From Myxococcota bacterium (lineage in GTDB: Bacteria > Myxococcota > XYA12-FULL-58-9 > JALHOP01): a stretch of DNA of 46,082 bases. The translations under genes were made by a program, and so were the position numbers. Below the pieces are notes generated by a model. It saw nothing but the letters and a program-made list of their open reading frames with translations, ran no database searches and was not told the origin of the DNA. Shown piece by piece: positions 29,801 through 38,816 of the stretch. Position 1 is the stretch's first letter. Each line of letters starts with the position of its first letter. The stretch is taken from positions 1 to 46,082 of the forward strand of contig JBGGMJ010000043.1 in NCBI GenBank assembly GCA_041288095.1. Reading direction: 5' to 3'.

Positions 29801-30001
29801 ATCATCCCAACTGGGCGCGGCGGCTCATTGCGCGAAAGTGGCGTCGACGACGAAACCTTTGAACGGTTTCGTCGACGCCGTAGTGGGGCGAAAATTTTTT
29901 TCGAAGCTCCGTCAGAGGTGCGAGGCATTTCAGGACGTGAGCTCCGTCAACGGCGCGAATGCCCAGTTGCCTCCAGTATCCCCACCCGGGTAACGACCCT
30001 C

Positions 30002-32236
30002 ATGCCAATCCGCCTCACGCTCTTGGTCGCAGCCCTCGCCCTCACCGCCTGCGAAACCCGCGACCCATCGCAACCGATCGGGCCGACCCCAACCCCAACG
30101 ACCACGAAGCTCGCGCCCAAGCCCATCGACACCACCTTCCTCGCCCAGTACGCCGCCACCAACAAATTCACACTCGGCCGCCCCACCGCCTTCAAGGTCA
30201 ACCGCGCCGGCACCCTCGTGTACTTCCTGCGCTCACCGGCCCGCGGCTTCTCGCGTGATCTCTATGTCTACGATGTGACCGCCAAAACGGAGCAGGTGCT
30301 CACGACCGCGAGCCAGCTCCTCGCCGGCACCGCCGAGAATCTCTCCGCCGAGGAAAAGGCCCGCCGTGAGCGCATGCGCTCGACCGCCCGTGGTATCGCG
30401 AGCTTCGAGCTCTCCAAGGACGGCAAACGCCTATTGGTTCCGCTCTCGGGCAAGCTCTACGTCGTCGAGGCGGACACCGCCAAGGCCAAGGAGCTCACCG
30501 ACGCTGGTGGCTACGCAAACGATCCGACGCTTTCGCCGCTCGGCGACAAAATCGCATGTGTCCGCAATGGCGACGTGTTCGTCATCGACATCGCCTCGAA
30601 TCAGCAGACGCGTCTCACCAACACGGCTACCGACACCATCAGCAACGGCCTCCCGGAGTTCGTCGCTCAAGAAGAGATGGACCGCTTTCGCGGATACTGG
30701 TGGTCGCCCGACGGCAAGTCGATCGTCTACCAACAGACCGACACGCGCGGCATGGACAAGAGCTACATCGCCGACCCGTCGAAGCCCGACCAACCACCGC
30801 AGAGCTGGCCCTACCCACGGCCCGGTCGCAACAACGCTTCGGTGCGCGTTGGTGTCGTCGATGTCCGCGGCGGCGCGACGCGCTGGATCAACTGGGACAG
30901 CGGCGCGTTTCCCTATCTGGTTTCGGTGACCTGGACTGAAGACGCGCCGTTGCTCATCGCCGTGCAGAACCGCGCCCAGACAGATCTCAAGCTCTACGAG
31001 GTCGAGCTCACGCGTGGCTCCGCGCGTGAGCTCCTCACCGAGCATGACGACGCCTGGGTGAACATCGCGCAGAGCGTGCCGCGCTTCTACGAGAAGGGTC
31101 GGAAGCTCCTCTGGATCAGCGAAGAGAACGGCGCCCCCGTGCTCGAGGTGCGTGAGACGTCCGGTGCCATGCAGAAGGAGCTCACCAAGGCGGAGCTCGG
31201 CCTGCACGAGCTCGTGCATATCGACGAAGCCGCTGGGCACGCCTATGTGCTCGCGAGCGACGACGCGACCGACAAGCGACTTTTTCGCGTGCCCCTCGCC
31301 GGCGGCGATGCGACTCCCGTGGCATCAGCGCGCGCCAAGGAGTCGGCGGCTTTCACTGATGGCGCGCCGGTGTTCGTGCACTCGCAGACGCTCGAGGACG
31401 GTGATGTCCGCGATGTCGTACGCAAGCTCGATGGCAGCGAGGTCGGTGTCATCGCCTCTGTCGCCGAGCAGCCAGGCGCGATGCCGAAGATCGAGCTGAC
31501 ACGGGTCACCGGCCACGCGTTGAACGCGGCCATCATCCGCCCGCGCGATTTCGCCGCGGGCCACAAGTACCCCGTCATCGTCCACGTCTACGCCGGCCCG
31601 CACAACCGCATCGTCGATCGCATGCCTCGCTCGTATTTCCTCGACCAGTGGATCGCCGACAACGGCTTCGTCGTCGTCGCCATCGACAACCGCGGCACGC
31701 CCGGCCGTGGCCGCGCCTTCGAGCGCGTCATCAAGAACGATCTCATCACGGTCGCTCTCGCTGACCAGGTTGCCGGCTTGCAGGCGCTGCTCGCCAAGTA
31801 CCCCGAGATGGACGGGAACCGCGTCGGCATTTATGGCTGGTCGTTCGGCGGCTACGCGTCCGCTCACGCGGTCATGCAACGTCCCGACGTCTATAAGGCA
31901 GGCGTCGCGGGCGCGCCGGTTACCGATTGGCGCGACTACGACACGCACTATACGGAACGCTACATGGGCCTTCCGGACGCCAACGCCGTGGGCTACGCCA
32001 AGACGTCCGTTTTGACGTACGTCGAGAAGCTCGAGCGTCCGCTGCTCGTCGTCCATGGCACCGCTGACGACAACGTCTACTTCTCCCACTCGCTCAAGCT
32101 CGGAAATCTCCTCTTCCGGGCCGGCAAGCGCTTCGAATTCCTGCCACTCTTGAACTTCACGCACATGGTGCCGGAGCCCGAGGTCACGACACGCCTCTAC
32201 GAGAAGGTCGTCGATTTCTTCCAGCGGAGTCTCTGA
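30002..32236 (+). CDS. S9B dipeptidyl-peptidase IV family lipoprotein
   Basis: Lipobox LTA-C, EFVAQEEMDR, WWSPDG, catalytic GWSFGG, YTERYMG, HGTADDNV and C-terminal His. Confidence 0.94.
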   Translation: MPIRLTLLVAALALTACETRDPSQPIGPTPTPTTTKLAPKPIDTTFLAQYAATNKFTLGRPTAFKVNRAGTLVYFLRSPARGFSRDLYVYDVTAKTEQVLTTASQLLAGTAENLSAEEKARRERMRSTARGIASFELSKDGKRLLVPLSGKLYVVEADTAKAKELTDAGGYANDPTLSPLGDKIACVRNGDVFVIDIASNQQTRLTNTATDTISNGLPEFVAQEEMDRFRGYWWSPDGKSIVYQQTDTRGMDKSYIADPSKPDQPPQSWPYPRPGRNNASVRVGVVDVRGGATRWINWDSGAFPYLVSVTWTEDAPLLIAVQNRAQTDLKLYEVELTRGSARELLTEHDDAWVNIAQSVPRFYEKGRKLLWISEENGAPVLEVRETSGAMQKELTKAELGLHELVHIDEAAGHAYVLASDDATDKRLFRVPLAGGDATPVASARAKESAAFTDGAPVFVHSQTLEDGDVRDVVRKLDGSEVGVIASVAEQPGAMPKIELTRVTGHALNAAIIRPRDFAAGHKYPVIVHVYAGPHNRIVDRMPRSYFLDQWIADNGFVVVAIDNRGTPGRGRAFERVIKNDLITVALADQVAGLQALLAKYPEMDGNRVGIYGWSFGGYASAHAVMQRPDVYKAGVAGAPVTDWRDYDTHYTERYMGLPDANAVGYAKTSVLTYVEKLERPLLVVHGTADDNVYFSHSLKLGNLLFRAGKRFEFLPLLNFTHMVPEPEVTTRLYEKVVDFFQRSL

Positions 32237-32291
32237 GGCCGTCGCCCGAGCTGGCGGGTCACCGTGGCAGGGCCATGGCGCGGCACTAGGG

Positions 32292-32319
32292 CGCAACTTT
32301 GGCCGTCTCCTGCCGACAA
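32292..32319 (+). promoter_or_regulatory. CGCAAC-N14-GCCGACAA promoter candidate
   Basis: cgcaac tttggccgtctcct gccgacaa, 32 nt before ATG 32352, with a GAGG RBS in between. Confidence 0.55.
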
Positions 32320-32351
32320 CGTCGCTGACGCTAACTGAGGGCTTTTTCGTC

Positions 32352-32921
32352 ATGACGAACTCGGCAGGAACGGTTGTTTATCGCCATCAGTGGGACAGCG
32401 ACCCAACGCTTGCGGCCAACTACGCCGCCCATCGCATCCTCGACGCGGCGTCGAAGCATACCTCGGTGACCGTCGACGAGGCGAAGCAGGGTATCGCGGA
32501 TGTGATTGGCTATGCGCTGAGTCATCCGGATCGCTTCGTTCAAGACAATGCGATGAACCACTTCGTCATCCCGACGATCCAGAGCAACGGCAGCCTCATC
32601 GGCTTCGGCATGAAGGTGAACGCGGCGTGGCGCTCGTACACCGACGCCCGTAACGCCGTCATGAACCCGGCGGTGATGGCGGCGCTCGGTGCTGACGAGA
32701 CCGCGATGGCCGCGGCGCTCGCTGGGGCCCGGCAGACTTTCGATACCAGCGTCGCGGCGCTCGTCGACGAATACGTCGGCCACCTCTCGAGCTTGCCGCC
32801 ACCCAGCCCCGCCATCGACGCGTACTGCGCGGCAGCCGGCGCAGCCGCGGTGCGCAGCTTCACGGAGTGGCAGGTCGACGAAGGCCGGCGCCTCGCTGGT
32901 CTGCCCCCGCGCGAAAAATAG
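32352..32921 (+). CDS. Hypothetical protein (mostly helical)
   Basis: GAGG upstream, coding-like codon usage, no signal peptide or recognised domain. Confidence 0.65.
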   Translation: MTNSAGTVVYRHQWDSDPTLAANYAAHRILDAASKHTSVTVDEAKQGIADVIGYALSHPDRFVQDNAMNHFVIPTIQSNGSLIGFGMKVNAAWRSYTDARNAVMNPAVMAALGADETAMAAALAGARQTFDTSVAALVDEYVGHLSSLPPPSPAIDAYCAAAGAAAVRSFTEWQVDEGRRLAGLPPREK

Positions 32922-32935
32922 TCGTGGCGGCTAGC

Positions 32936-34762
32936 TTAGCGCCGACGCGTCTGCCGCGGTTGCGGCCGCGACCGTGAATTGCCGCCGCGGCGCGCTCGCG
33001 GTGGAGCCGCGGGCGGTGCCGTCGGCACGGGCTCTTGCGCCAGCTCGGGCAAGCCGTAGAAGCGGCGTACCGCGTTCGGCAATCGATCCACGCGGTATTC
33101 CCAATGCCAATGCTCGACAGCCGAGTGACCGTCTTGGTTGGTGTAACGATACCCGGGCAGCACGAAGCCGAAGCGACGACCGTTATCGCGGAGCCAGCGG
33201 TCACCCGCGGTGTTGACGTCTTCGGTGTCGATGGCGATGCCGGTCTGGTGCGTCGAGTAACCGGGAGTCGCGGCCCGACCCGGCTGGTTGCGATAGCGGT
33301 GCGCGATGTCGCGCTGGTTTTGCATGGTGCGAAAGCTCGAGCCTGCTTGGAAGCGGCCGCCGCCTCGCGACGCCTCGGCGCGCATCGCGTAGTACGCCAT
33401 CGCGGCGCGGGTTTCGAGGCGGCCACTCGTGCCGTCGCCCAGCGACCGCACGACGATGTGCGTGGCCGTGCCGCGCGTGTAGCCGACTTCCACTTTGCCG
33501 GCGCGCAGCGGCGCGGGCAGGCGGTCGAGGATGCGGCTGTCCTGCGCACCCTGGAGGGCGATGCGCGTCACGTCGTTGAGCGCGCCGTCCGCCACCAAGA
33601 TCTCGCCGGTGAACATGGTGTAGAGACGCTGGAAGTCGGTGAGGGCCGCGGCGGTGGCCGGACCGAAGTCGCCGTCGGCGGCTATGTCGTAGCTCAGGGC
33701 GCGCAGTCTGTTTTGCAGCTCGAGGGTGCCGGCGCGGTCGGACGCGCCTTGACGCAGCGTCGGACCCGGCCGCACCGGTGGCTGAGTCGGGGGGCGCGGC
33801 TGTGGACCGGGGTCGGGCCGCGGCGTCGGCGGCTCTTGCGGAGTCGGCTCTTGCGGATGCTGTTCGCGATAGCGGCGCGCGTACTCGAGCCAGTTCATCG
33901 GCGATTCGCGGGTGCGCCGCGCCGCCAACGCCATCGAGGCTCCCGTGTTGGGACCCAAGACGCCGTCGGGCTCGAGCTGTGCACCCATGGCCAGCGTGTA
34001 GAGCGCCTGGAAGTCCGCTACAGCGGCGCGCGTCGGCTCGTCGAAGACGTTCGTGACTTCGACCGGGTACCCCAAGGCGCGCAAGAGGTTCTGAGCGCGC
34101 GTGACTTCCGGGCCGCGCGCGCCGAGACGCAGCACCTGCACGGAGCCGATGCCGTCGAAGTTCGGCTCGACCTGCACGAGCTCGTCGGGGAGCTGCGGCC
34201 GTGGGTTGCGGCGTTGCTCGTCGACGTAGGCCTTGTAGTCGCGCAAGGCGCGCATGGTCATCGGATCGGCGACGCCGGTCACCGGCAGCTGCTGGCCGTC
34301 GGCGCCGGTGTATTGCGATTGGAAGTCGATGATGGCGCGCTCGGTCGTGCGACCGAAGTCACCGTCGGGCTCGGTCTTCAGGAGCTTGAGGTCTTTGAGC
34401 AGCGTTTGCAGCTCGCGCACGCGCTGGCTGTTGGTCTCGCCGCGCTGCATTGGCGGTGGCGGGGGAGGGGGGACCGGCGGGCCTTGCACGGGAGCGTCGA
34501 GGCGCGGGTCAGCCACCACTTGCTGTTCGCCCGGGCGAGTCGTGACACCCCCGAGGTGGTTCGGCGCCGGTAAGGCTGGAGTCGTGGCCGCCGAAGCGGT
34601 GCGGAGAGGCGCGAAGCCAAAGAGTCGGCGCGCGAACGAAGGGAGCTGCGGCAGAAAATCACTCGCCGGTTCTTGGCGAACCAGCGGTGCTGTCGCCGGC
34701 TGCACGGCGGACGTATCCCGAGGAGGCGTAGGGGACCGGAGCTGGGTGACTGTGTCTGCCAC
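32936..34762 (-). CDS. Peptidoglycan-binding (x3) M15-family D-Ala-D-Ala peptidase-like protein
   Basis: Three PG_binding_1-like repeats (LQ..L......DGDFG..T..A..DFQ....L...G). Catalytic SSFRT...Q, AATPGYSTHQTGIAID (SxH...D) and EHWHWEY. GAGG before the GTG. Confidence 0.88.
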   Translation of the reverse strand: MADTVTQLRSPTPPRDTSAVQPATAPLVRQEPASDFLPQLPSFARRLFGFAPLRTASAATTPALPAPNHLGGVTTRPGEQQVVADPRLDAPVQGPPVPPPPPPPMQRGETNSQRVRELQTLLKDLKLLKTEPDGDFGRTTERAIIDFQSQYTGADGQQLPVTGVADPMTMRALRDYKAYVDEQRRNPRPQLPDELVQVEPNFDGIGSVQVLRLGARGPEVTRAQNLLRALGYPVEVTNVFDEPTRAAVADFQALYTLAMGAQLEPDGVLGPNTGASMALAARRTRESPMNWLEYARRYREQHPQEPTPQEPPTPRPDPGPQPRPPTQPPVRPGPTLRQGASDRAGTLELQNRLRALSYDIAADGDFGPATAAALTDFQRLYTMFTGEILVADGALNDVTRIALQGAQDSRILDRLPAPLRAGKVEVGYTRGTATHIVVRSLGDGTSGRLETRAAMAYYAMRAEASRGGGRFQAGSSFRTMQNQRDIAHRYRNQPGRAATPGYSTHQTGIAIDTEDVNTAGDRWLRDNGRRFGFVLPGYRYTNQDGHSAVEHWHWEYRVDRLPNAVRRFYGLPELAQEPVPTAPPAAPPRARRGGNSRSRPQPRQTRRR

Positions 34763-34817
34763 TCAGGACCTCGCAAGCGAAGGGTTCGGGATCGGGAGCT
34801 AGCGCCCCCTGATCGCT

Positions 34818-34845
34818 GTTTCGGCCGTGAATTCCGGTTGTTGCG
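34818..34845 (-). promoter_or_regulatory. CGCAAC-N14-GCCGAAAC promoter candidate
   Basis: Minus strand reads cgcaac aaccggaattcacg gccgaaac, 55 nt before GTG 34762. Confidence 0.5.
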
Positions 34846-34885
34846 GGAAAGCACCGGGCCCCTAGTGTCGGGTCGGCGCTGGCCT

Positions 34886-36541
34886 CTATGCCTTGATGCG
34901 GAAGCCGCGGCCGGAGTGCGGCTTGTTGCCGGTCGGACGATGATCGCGCGTTGGGCGCGGCGGCTCGACTGGCTCGGGTGGTGGTGCCGGCTCTTCGGCC
35001 TCGAGACCCACCGTCGTTCCGACTTGCGCGAGGCTGGCCACCGCGAGCGCGGCGACGCCGGCGATGCTGCGCACCGAGCCGCGGCCGGTCTCGATGCTGG
35101 TCGTGCCCACCATGGCGAGGCTCACCGGTACGTGTTTCGGGAGGCGGCCGCTCCACATGCACTCGGAGACCCCGCGCAAGCAGCCGGCATGGCCGACCTC
35201 GACGCCCGTGACGCGGAAACGCCGGGCGATGGCCTCGATGTGCGTCGCCGAGAGCAAGAGCGGGGTCGGCACCGAGATGATGGCGCCGCGCGTCACCGGC
35301 GTATCACTGAAGGCGAGCAGCGATGCTTCGTCCCACGGCGCGAGGTTGGGGAACGTCGACAAGCCGTCACCCGCCCAGTGGACGGCGAGCTCGGGCTGGA
35401 CGACGGAGCCGGCGCCGCCCGCCAGCGCCATGCCTTCGAGCACGATGGTGAGTCGCGTCAGGCGCTCGCCGAGCGCCTCGACGAGCTCGCGGACGGCGAC
35501 GCCGCTCTGATCTTCGAAGCTCACCGGCACGCGAACCAACACGCAGCCTTCGTCGGCGCCCGCGATGACGGACACGCGCGGATCGCAGCTCCCGAGCTCG
35601 ACGCGCGCGAGATCGACGATTTCGAAGCTCGCATCGTCGAAGACACCGCGATGGATGCCGACGGTGCGGTCGGCGTCGGCGCGCTCTTCCGCGAGGCGCG
35701 GGTCGAGGCGTAGGATGTCGTGCGCGATAGCGTACAGTGCGTCTTCACCGACAATGGGCGGCAGGCGCATCAAATCGGAGCCGAGCTGCGGCGGCGACGA
35801 AGCGGCCCAGTGCGTGAGCGCTGGACGTAGCTCGCGGGCGAACGGCGACAAGCAATCGACCACCCACTGCGGTCCTAGCCAGACGTGCAGCGGGCGGCCC
35901 AGGAGACCTGCCTCGGCCAGCGCCGCGACGACGCGCTGAGCATGGGCACGGGCACGGGTTTCACCAGCCGCGGGCGCGACGTCCGGTTGCACCGCGATCA
36001 CCGGCAAGCTCGCGGCGCTGGTGAGCCAGGGCACGAGGATGCCGCCACTCTGCGATTGCGCTTGGGTAAGAGCGACCTCGTCAACGCCGATGGCTAGGGC
36101 CATGTGCGTGATCAACGCGGCGGCGTCGTCCGGCACACCGCCGTAGGCTTCGAAGAGGTGGTGCGCTTTGCGGCGTTCGTGCTCGAGCACGCAAAGGCTT
36201 GCGACGAACGCAGCGAGCTGGGTCATGCCGTAACGGATCTCGACCAGCATGGTGCCGTCGGAGAGCAGGTGGTGATTCATGCCCTGCCCCTTTGCAAAAC
36301 CGGCGAGACGCGCTACGAGCCGCAGGCGTGGCGCCGAACAAATGCCGGGGGGCAAACGGGAGAAGGCGCCGACGAGCGCGTCGAGATCGACTTGGCGCGG
36401 ATCACCGGCACGCGGATGACTCGACGGCGTGAGGCCGGCATAGGTATCGACCAAGGCGGCGAGATCGAGCTCGCCCAACCGCGCGCCGCGCTGGATGAGC
36501 ATTTCGAGCTCGTGCGTCAAAGCCGCCGGCAACCCAGACAT
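34886..36541 (-). CDS. Hypothetical protein, resembles DUF6909 / nucleoside-phosphorylase-like family
   Basis: Long ORF. The segments RLPPGI, LLGRPLHVW..DCLSPFA and IVDLARV recall that family from memory; not verified. Confidence 0.6.
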   Translation of the reverse strand: MSGLPAALTHELEMLIQRGARLGELDLAALVDTYAGLTPSSHPRAGDPRQVDLDALVGAFSRLPPGICSAPRLRLVARLAGFAKGQGMNHHLLSDGTMLVEIRYGMTQLAAFVASLCVLEHERRKAHHLFEAYGGVPDDAAALITHMALAIGVDEVALTQAQSQSGGILVPWLTSAASLPVIAVQPDVAPAAGETRARAHAQRVVAALAEAGLLGRPLHVWLGPQWVVDCLSPFARELRPALTHWAASSPPQLGSDLMRLPPIVGEDALYAIAHDILRLDPRLAEERADADRTVGIHRGVFDDASFEIVDLARVELGSCDPRVSVIAGADEGCVLVRVPVSFEDQSGVAVRELVEALGERLTRLTIVLEGMALAGGAGSVVQPELAVHWAGDGLSTFPNLAPWDEASLLAFSDTPVTRGAIISVPTPLLLSATHIEAIARRFRVTGVEVGHAGCLRGVSECMWSGRLPKHVPVSLAMVGTTSIETGRGSVRSIAGVAALAVASLAQVGTTVGLEAEEPAPPPEPVEPPRPTRDHRPTGNKPHSGRGFRIKA

Positions 36542-38766
36542 TGAACGTGCATACCACAACCCTGGATCTAGCGCGCCTAAACCCGGCGCAGGCCGAAGCC
36601 GTGCTCGCGGGTGACGCGCCGCTCCTCGTGCTGGCCGGAGCCGGCACCGGCAAGACGACCGTCATCACCTATCGCATCGCTCACTTGCTTCATGACCGGG
36701 GCGTCGCGCCGTATCGTTTTCTCGCGGTCACCTTCACGAACAAAGCGGCGCGCGAGATGCGTGAGCGCACCGGCCGGCTCGTGCGCCTCGACCCGCGGGC
36801 CCTCGACATCGGTACCTTCCACGGCATCTGCGGCCGGCTCCTGCGCCAGTACGGCAACCGCGTCGGTCTCGATCGTAATTTCCTGATCTACGACGAGGAT
36901 GATCAGCTCTCGCTCATCAAGAAAGTGCTCGCCGAGCTCAACATCGACAGCCAAGCATTTTCGCCACGCGTCATTCGCCATCACATCGAAGGCTGGAAGA
37001 ACGAGGGCGCGACCCCGGAGGAAGCGAGCGCGTCGGCGCTCGACCTCTCGAGTGAAAAGGCCTACCGCGTTTACGGCGCTTACCAGAAGCAGCTGCTCTC
37101 CGCTAACGCCGTGGATTTCGGTGATATGCTATTGCAGACACTGACGCTGTTGCGGCGCCACGAAGATGTCCGCGAAAGCCTACGTAAGCGCTGGTCGCAT
37201 CTTTTGGTCGACGAGTACCAGGACACGAACCCCGTGCAGTACAAGCTGCTCCGGGAGCTCGCGACTCCAGAGCACAGCGTCACCGTCGTCGGTGACGACG
37301 ACCAGTCGATCTACCGGTGGCGTGGCGCGGACATCGGCAACATTCTGCGCTTCGAGCACGACTTCCCGGGCGCGCAGGTCATTCGCCTCGAGCAGAACTA
37401 CCGCTCGACGCAGACGATCCTCTCGGCGGCGAACGGCGTCATCTCCCACAACGCCGCGCGTAAGGGGAAGACGCTCTATACGATGGGCGATCAAGGCGCG
37501 AAGCTGCCGCTGCGCTTCTTCGATAACGAGCGCCAGGAGGGCGATTCGATCGGCGACACCATCTCGGAAGGCCTGCAAGAGGGCCGCTCCGCGAACGACT
37601 TCGCGGTGCTCTACCGCATGAACGCTCAGTCACGCGCCATCGAAGACGCGTTGCGTCGCCGCCGCATCCCCTACGTCATCTACGGCGGCGTTCGTTTCTA
37701 TGACCGCAAGGAGATTAAGGACGCTTTAGCGTACATACGCCTGATCTTGAATCCGCGCTCCGACGTCGATTTCACGCGCATCGTCAATGTCCCGCCGCGC
37801 GGTCTCGGCAAGACCTCGCTCGATCGTATCTCGGACCTGGCACGCGAGCGCGGCATGTCGCTCGTCGAGGCCGCCGGCATCGCGGCGCAAGGCGAGGCGA
37901 AGCTCACGAGCAAGGCCAAGCAAGCCATCGACCAGCTCCTCGGCGTCATCACCAAGACGCAAGTGGAGGCGTTCACCGAAGAGCCCGGCCGCGTCATCGA
38001 GAACGTCCTCGAGGACGTCGGCTACCTGCGGATGCTGCGGCTGGAAGGCACGGAGGAATCGGCGCAGCGTCTCGAGAACCTGCAAGAGCTCGTCGCCGGC
38101 GTCGACGAATACGCCGAGCGCGCCGAGGAGCCGTCGCTCGCGGGCTTTCTCGAGGAGGTCGCGCTCGCCACCGACCTCGACAAGATGGCCGAGAGCGACG
38201 CGCAGGTCGTGCTCATGACTCTGCACGCCGCCAAGGGTCTCGAGTTCCCCGTCGTCTTCTTGCCGGGCATGGAGGAGATGCTCTTCCCCCACAGCCGCAG
38301 CCTCGATGACCGGGCCGGTCTCGAGGAGGAGCGACGCCTCTGCTACGTCGGCATCACCCGCGCCAAGGAGCTGGTGCACCTGTCGGCGGCGCGTGTCCGG
38401 TACGTCTTCGGCGAGGTGAAGCTCTCTGAACCCTCCCGTTTTCTCTCGGAAATCCCGGTCGATCTGATGGCGGCCGGCGAGCGCCCGCTGCGGCGTCTCG
38501 AGAGCAATGGGCCCCGCGCCGATGACTACTATCGGGACGCCATGCCGGACGATGACATCGTCGCGCCGCCGAAACAGCCGGTCTACACCATGCGATCGAG
38601 CGAACGGGACGCGTTCCCACCGGGAACCCGCGTCAGGCATGCGACGTTCGGGGAAGGGAAGGTCGTGGCGAGCGAGGGCGAGGGCGTGCGCAGGAAGCTA
38701 ACGGTGCGCTTTCCGGAGCTTCCGGAGCCGAAGGTCATCGTGGCTCGCTTCGTGGAACGCGTGTGA
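36541..38766 (+). CDS. pcrA: ATP-dependent DNA helicase UvrD/PcrA
   Basis: LNPAQ, AGAGTGKT, TFTNKAA, DEYQDTN, GDDDQSIY.WRGA, LEQNYRS, HAAKGLEF, EERRLCYVGITRA and C-terminal Tudor-like RVRHATFGEG. Exact start uncertain (36541, 36547 or 36562). Confidence 0.95.
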   Translation: MNVHTTTLDLARLNPAQAEAVLAGDAPLLVLAGAGTGKTTVITYRIAHLLHDRGVAPYRFLAVTFTNKAAREMRERTGRLVRLDPRALDIGTFHGICGRLLRQYGNRVGLDRNFLIYDEDDQLSLIKKVLAELNIDSQAFSPRVIRHHIEGWKNEGATPEEASASALDLSSEKAYRVYGAYQKQLLSANAVDFGDMLLQTLTLLRRHEDVRESLRKRWSHLLVDEYQDTNPVQYKLLRELATPEHSVTVVGDDDQSIYRWRGADIGNILRFEHDFPGAQVIRLEQNYRSTQTILSAANGVISHNAARKGKTLYTMGDQGAKLPLRFFDNERQEGDSIGDTISEGLQEGRSANDFAVLYRMNAQSRAIEDALRRRRIPYVIYGGVRFYDRKEIKDALAYIRLILNPRSDVDFTRIVNVPPRGLGKTSLDRISDLARERGMSLVEAAGIAAQGEAKLTSKAKQAIDQLLGVITKTQVEAFTEEPGRVIENVLEDVGYLRMLRLEGTEESAQRLENLQELVAGVDEYAERAEEPSLAGFLEEVALATDLDKMAESDAQVVLMTLHAAKGLEFPVVFLPGMEEMLFPHSRSLDDRAGLEEERRLCYVGITRAKELVHLSAARVRYVFGEVKLSEPSRFLSEIPVDLMAAGERPLRRLESNGPRADDYYRDAMPDDDIVAPPKQPVYTMRSSERDAFPPGTRVRHATFGEGKVVASEGEGVRRKLTVRFPELPEPKVIVARFVERV

Positions 38767-38816
38767 CCCCCGGGCGGGTTGTGCATCGGCCCTCAAACGA
38801 CTAAGGAAATCCGCGA

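Noticed and set aside
29558-30001. 148-aa N-terminal extension of the S9 peptidase
   Set aside because: The lipoprotein signal begins at ATG 30002. The extension is the antisense of the HNH remnant.
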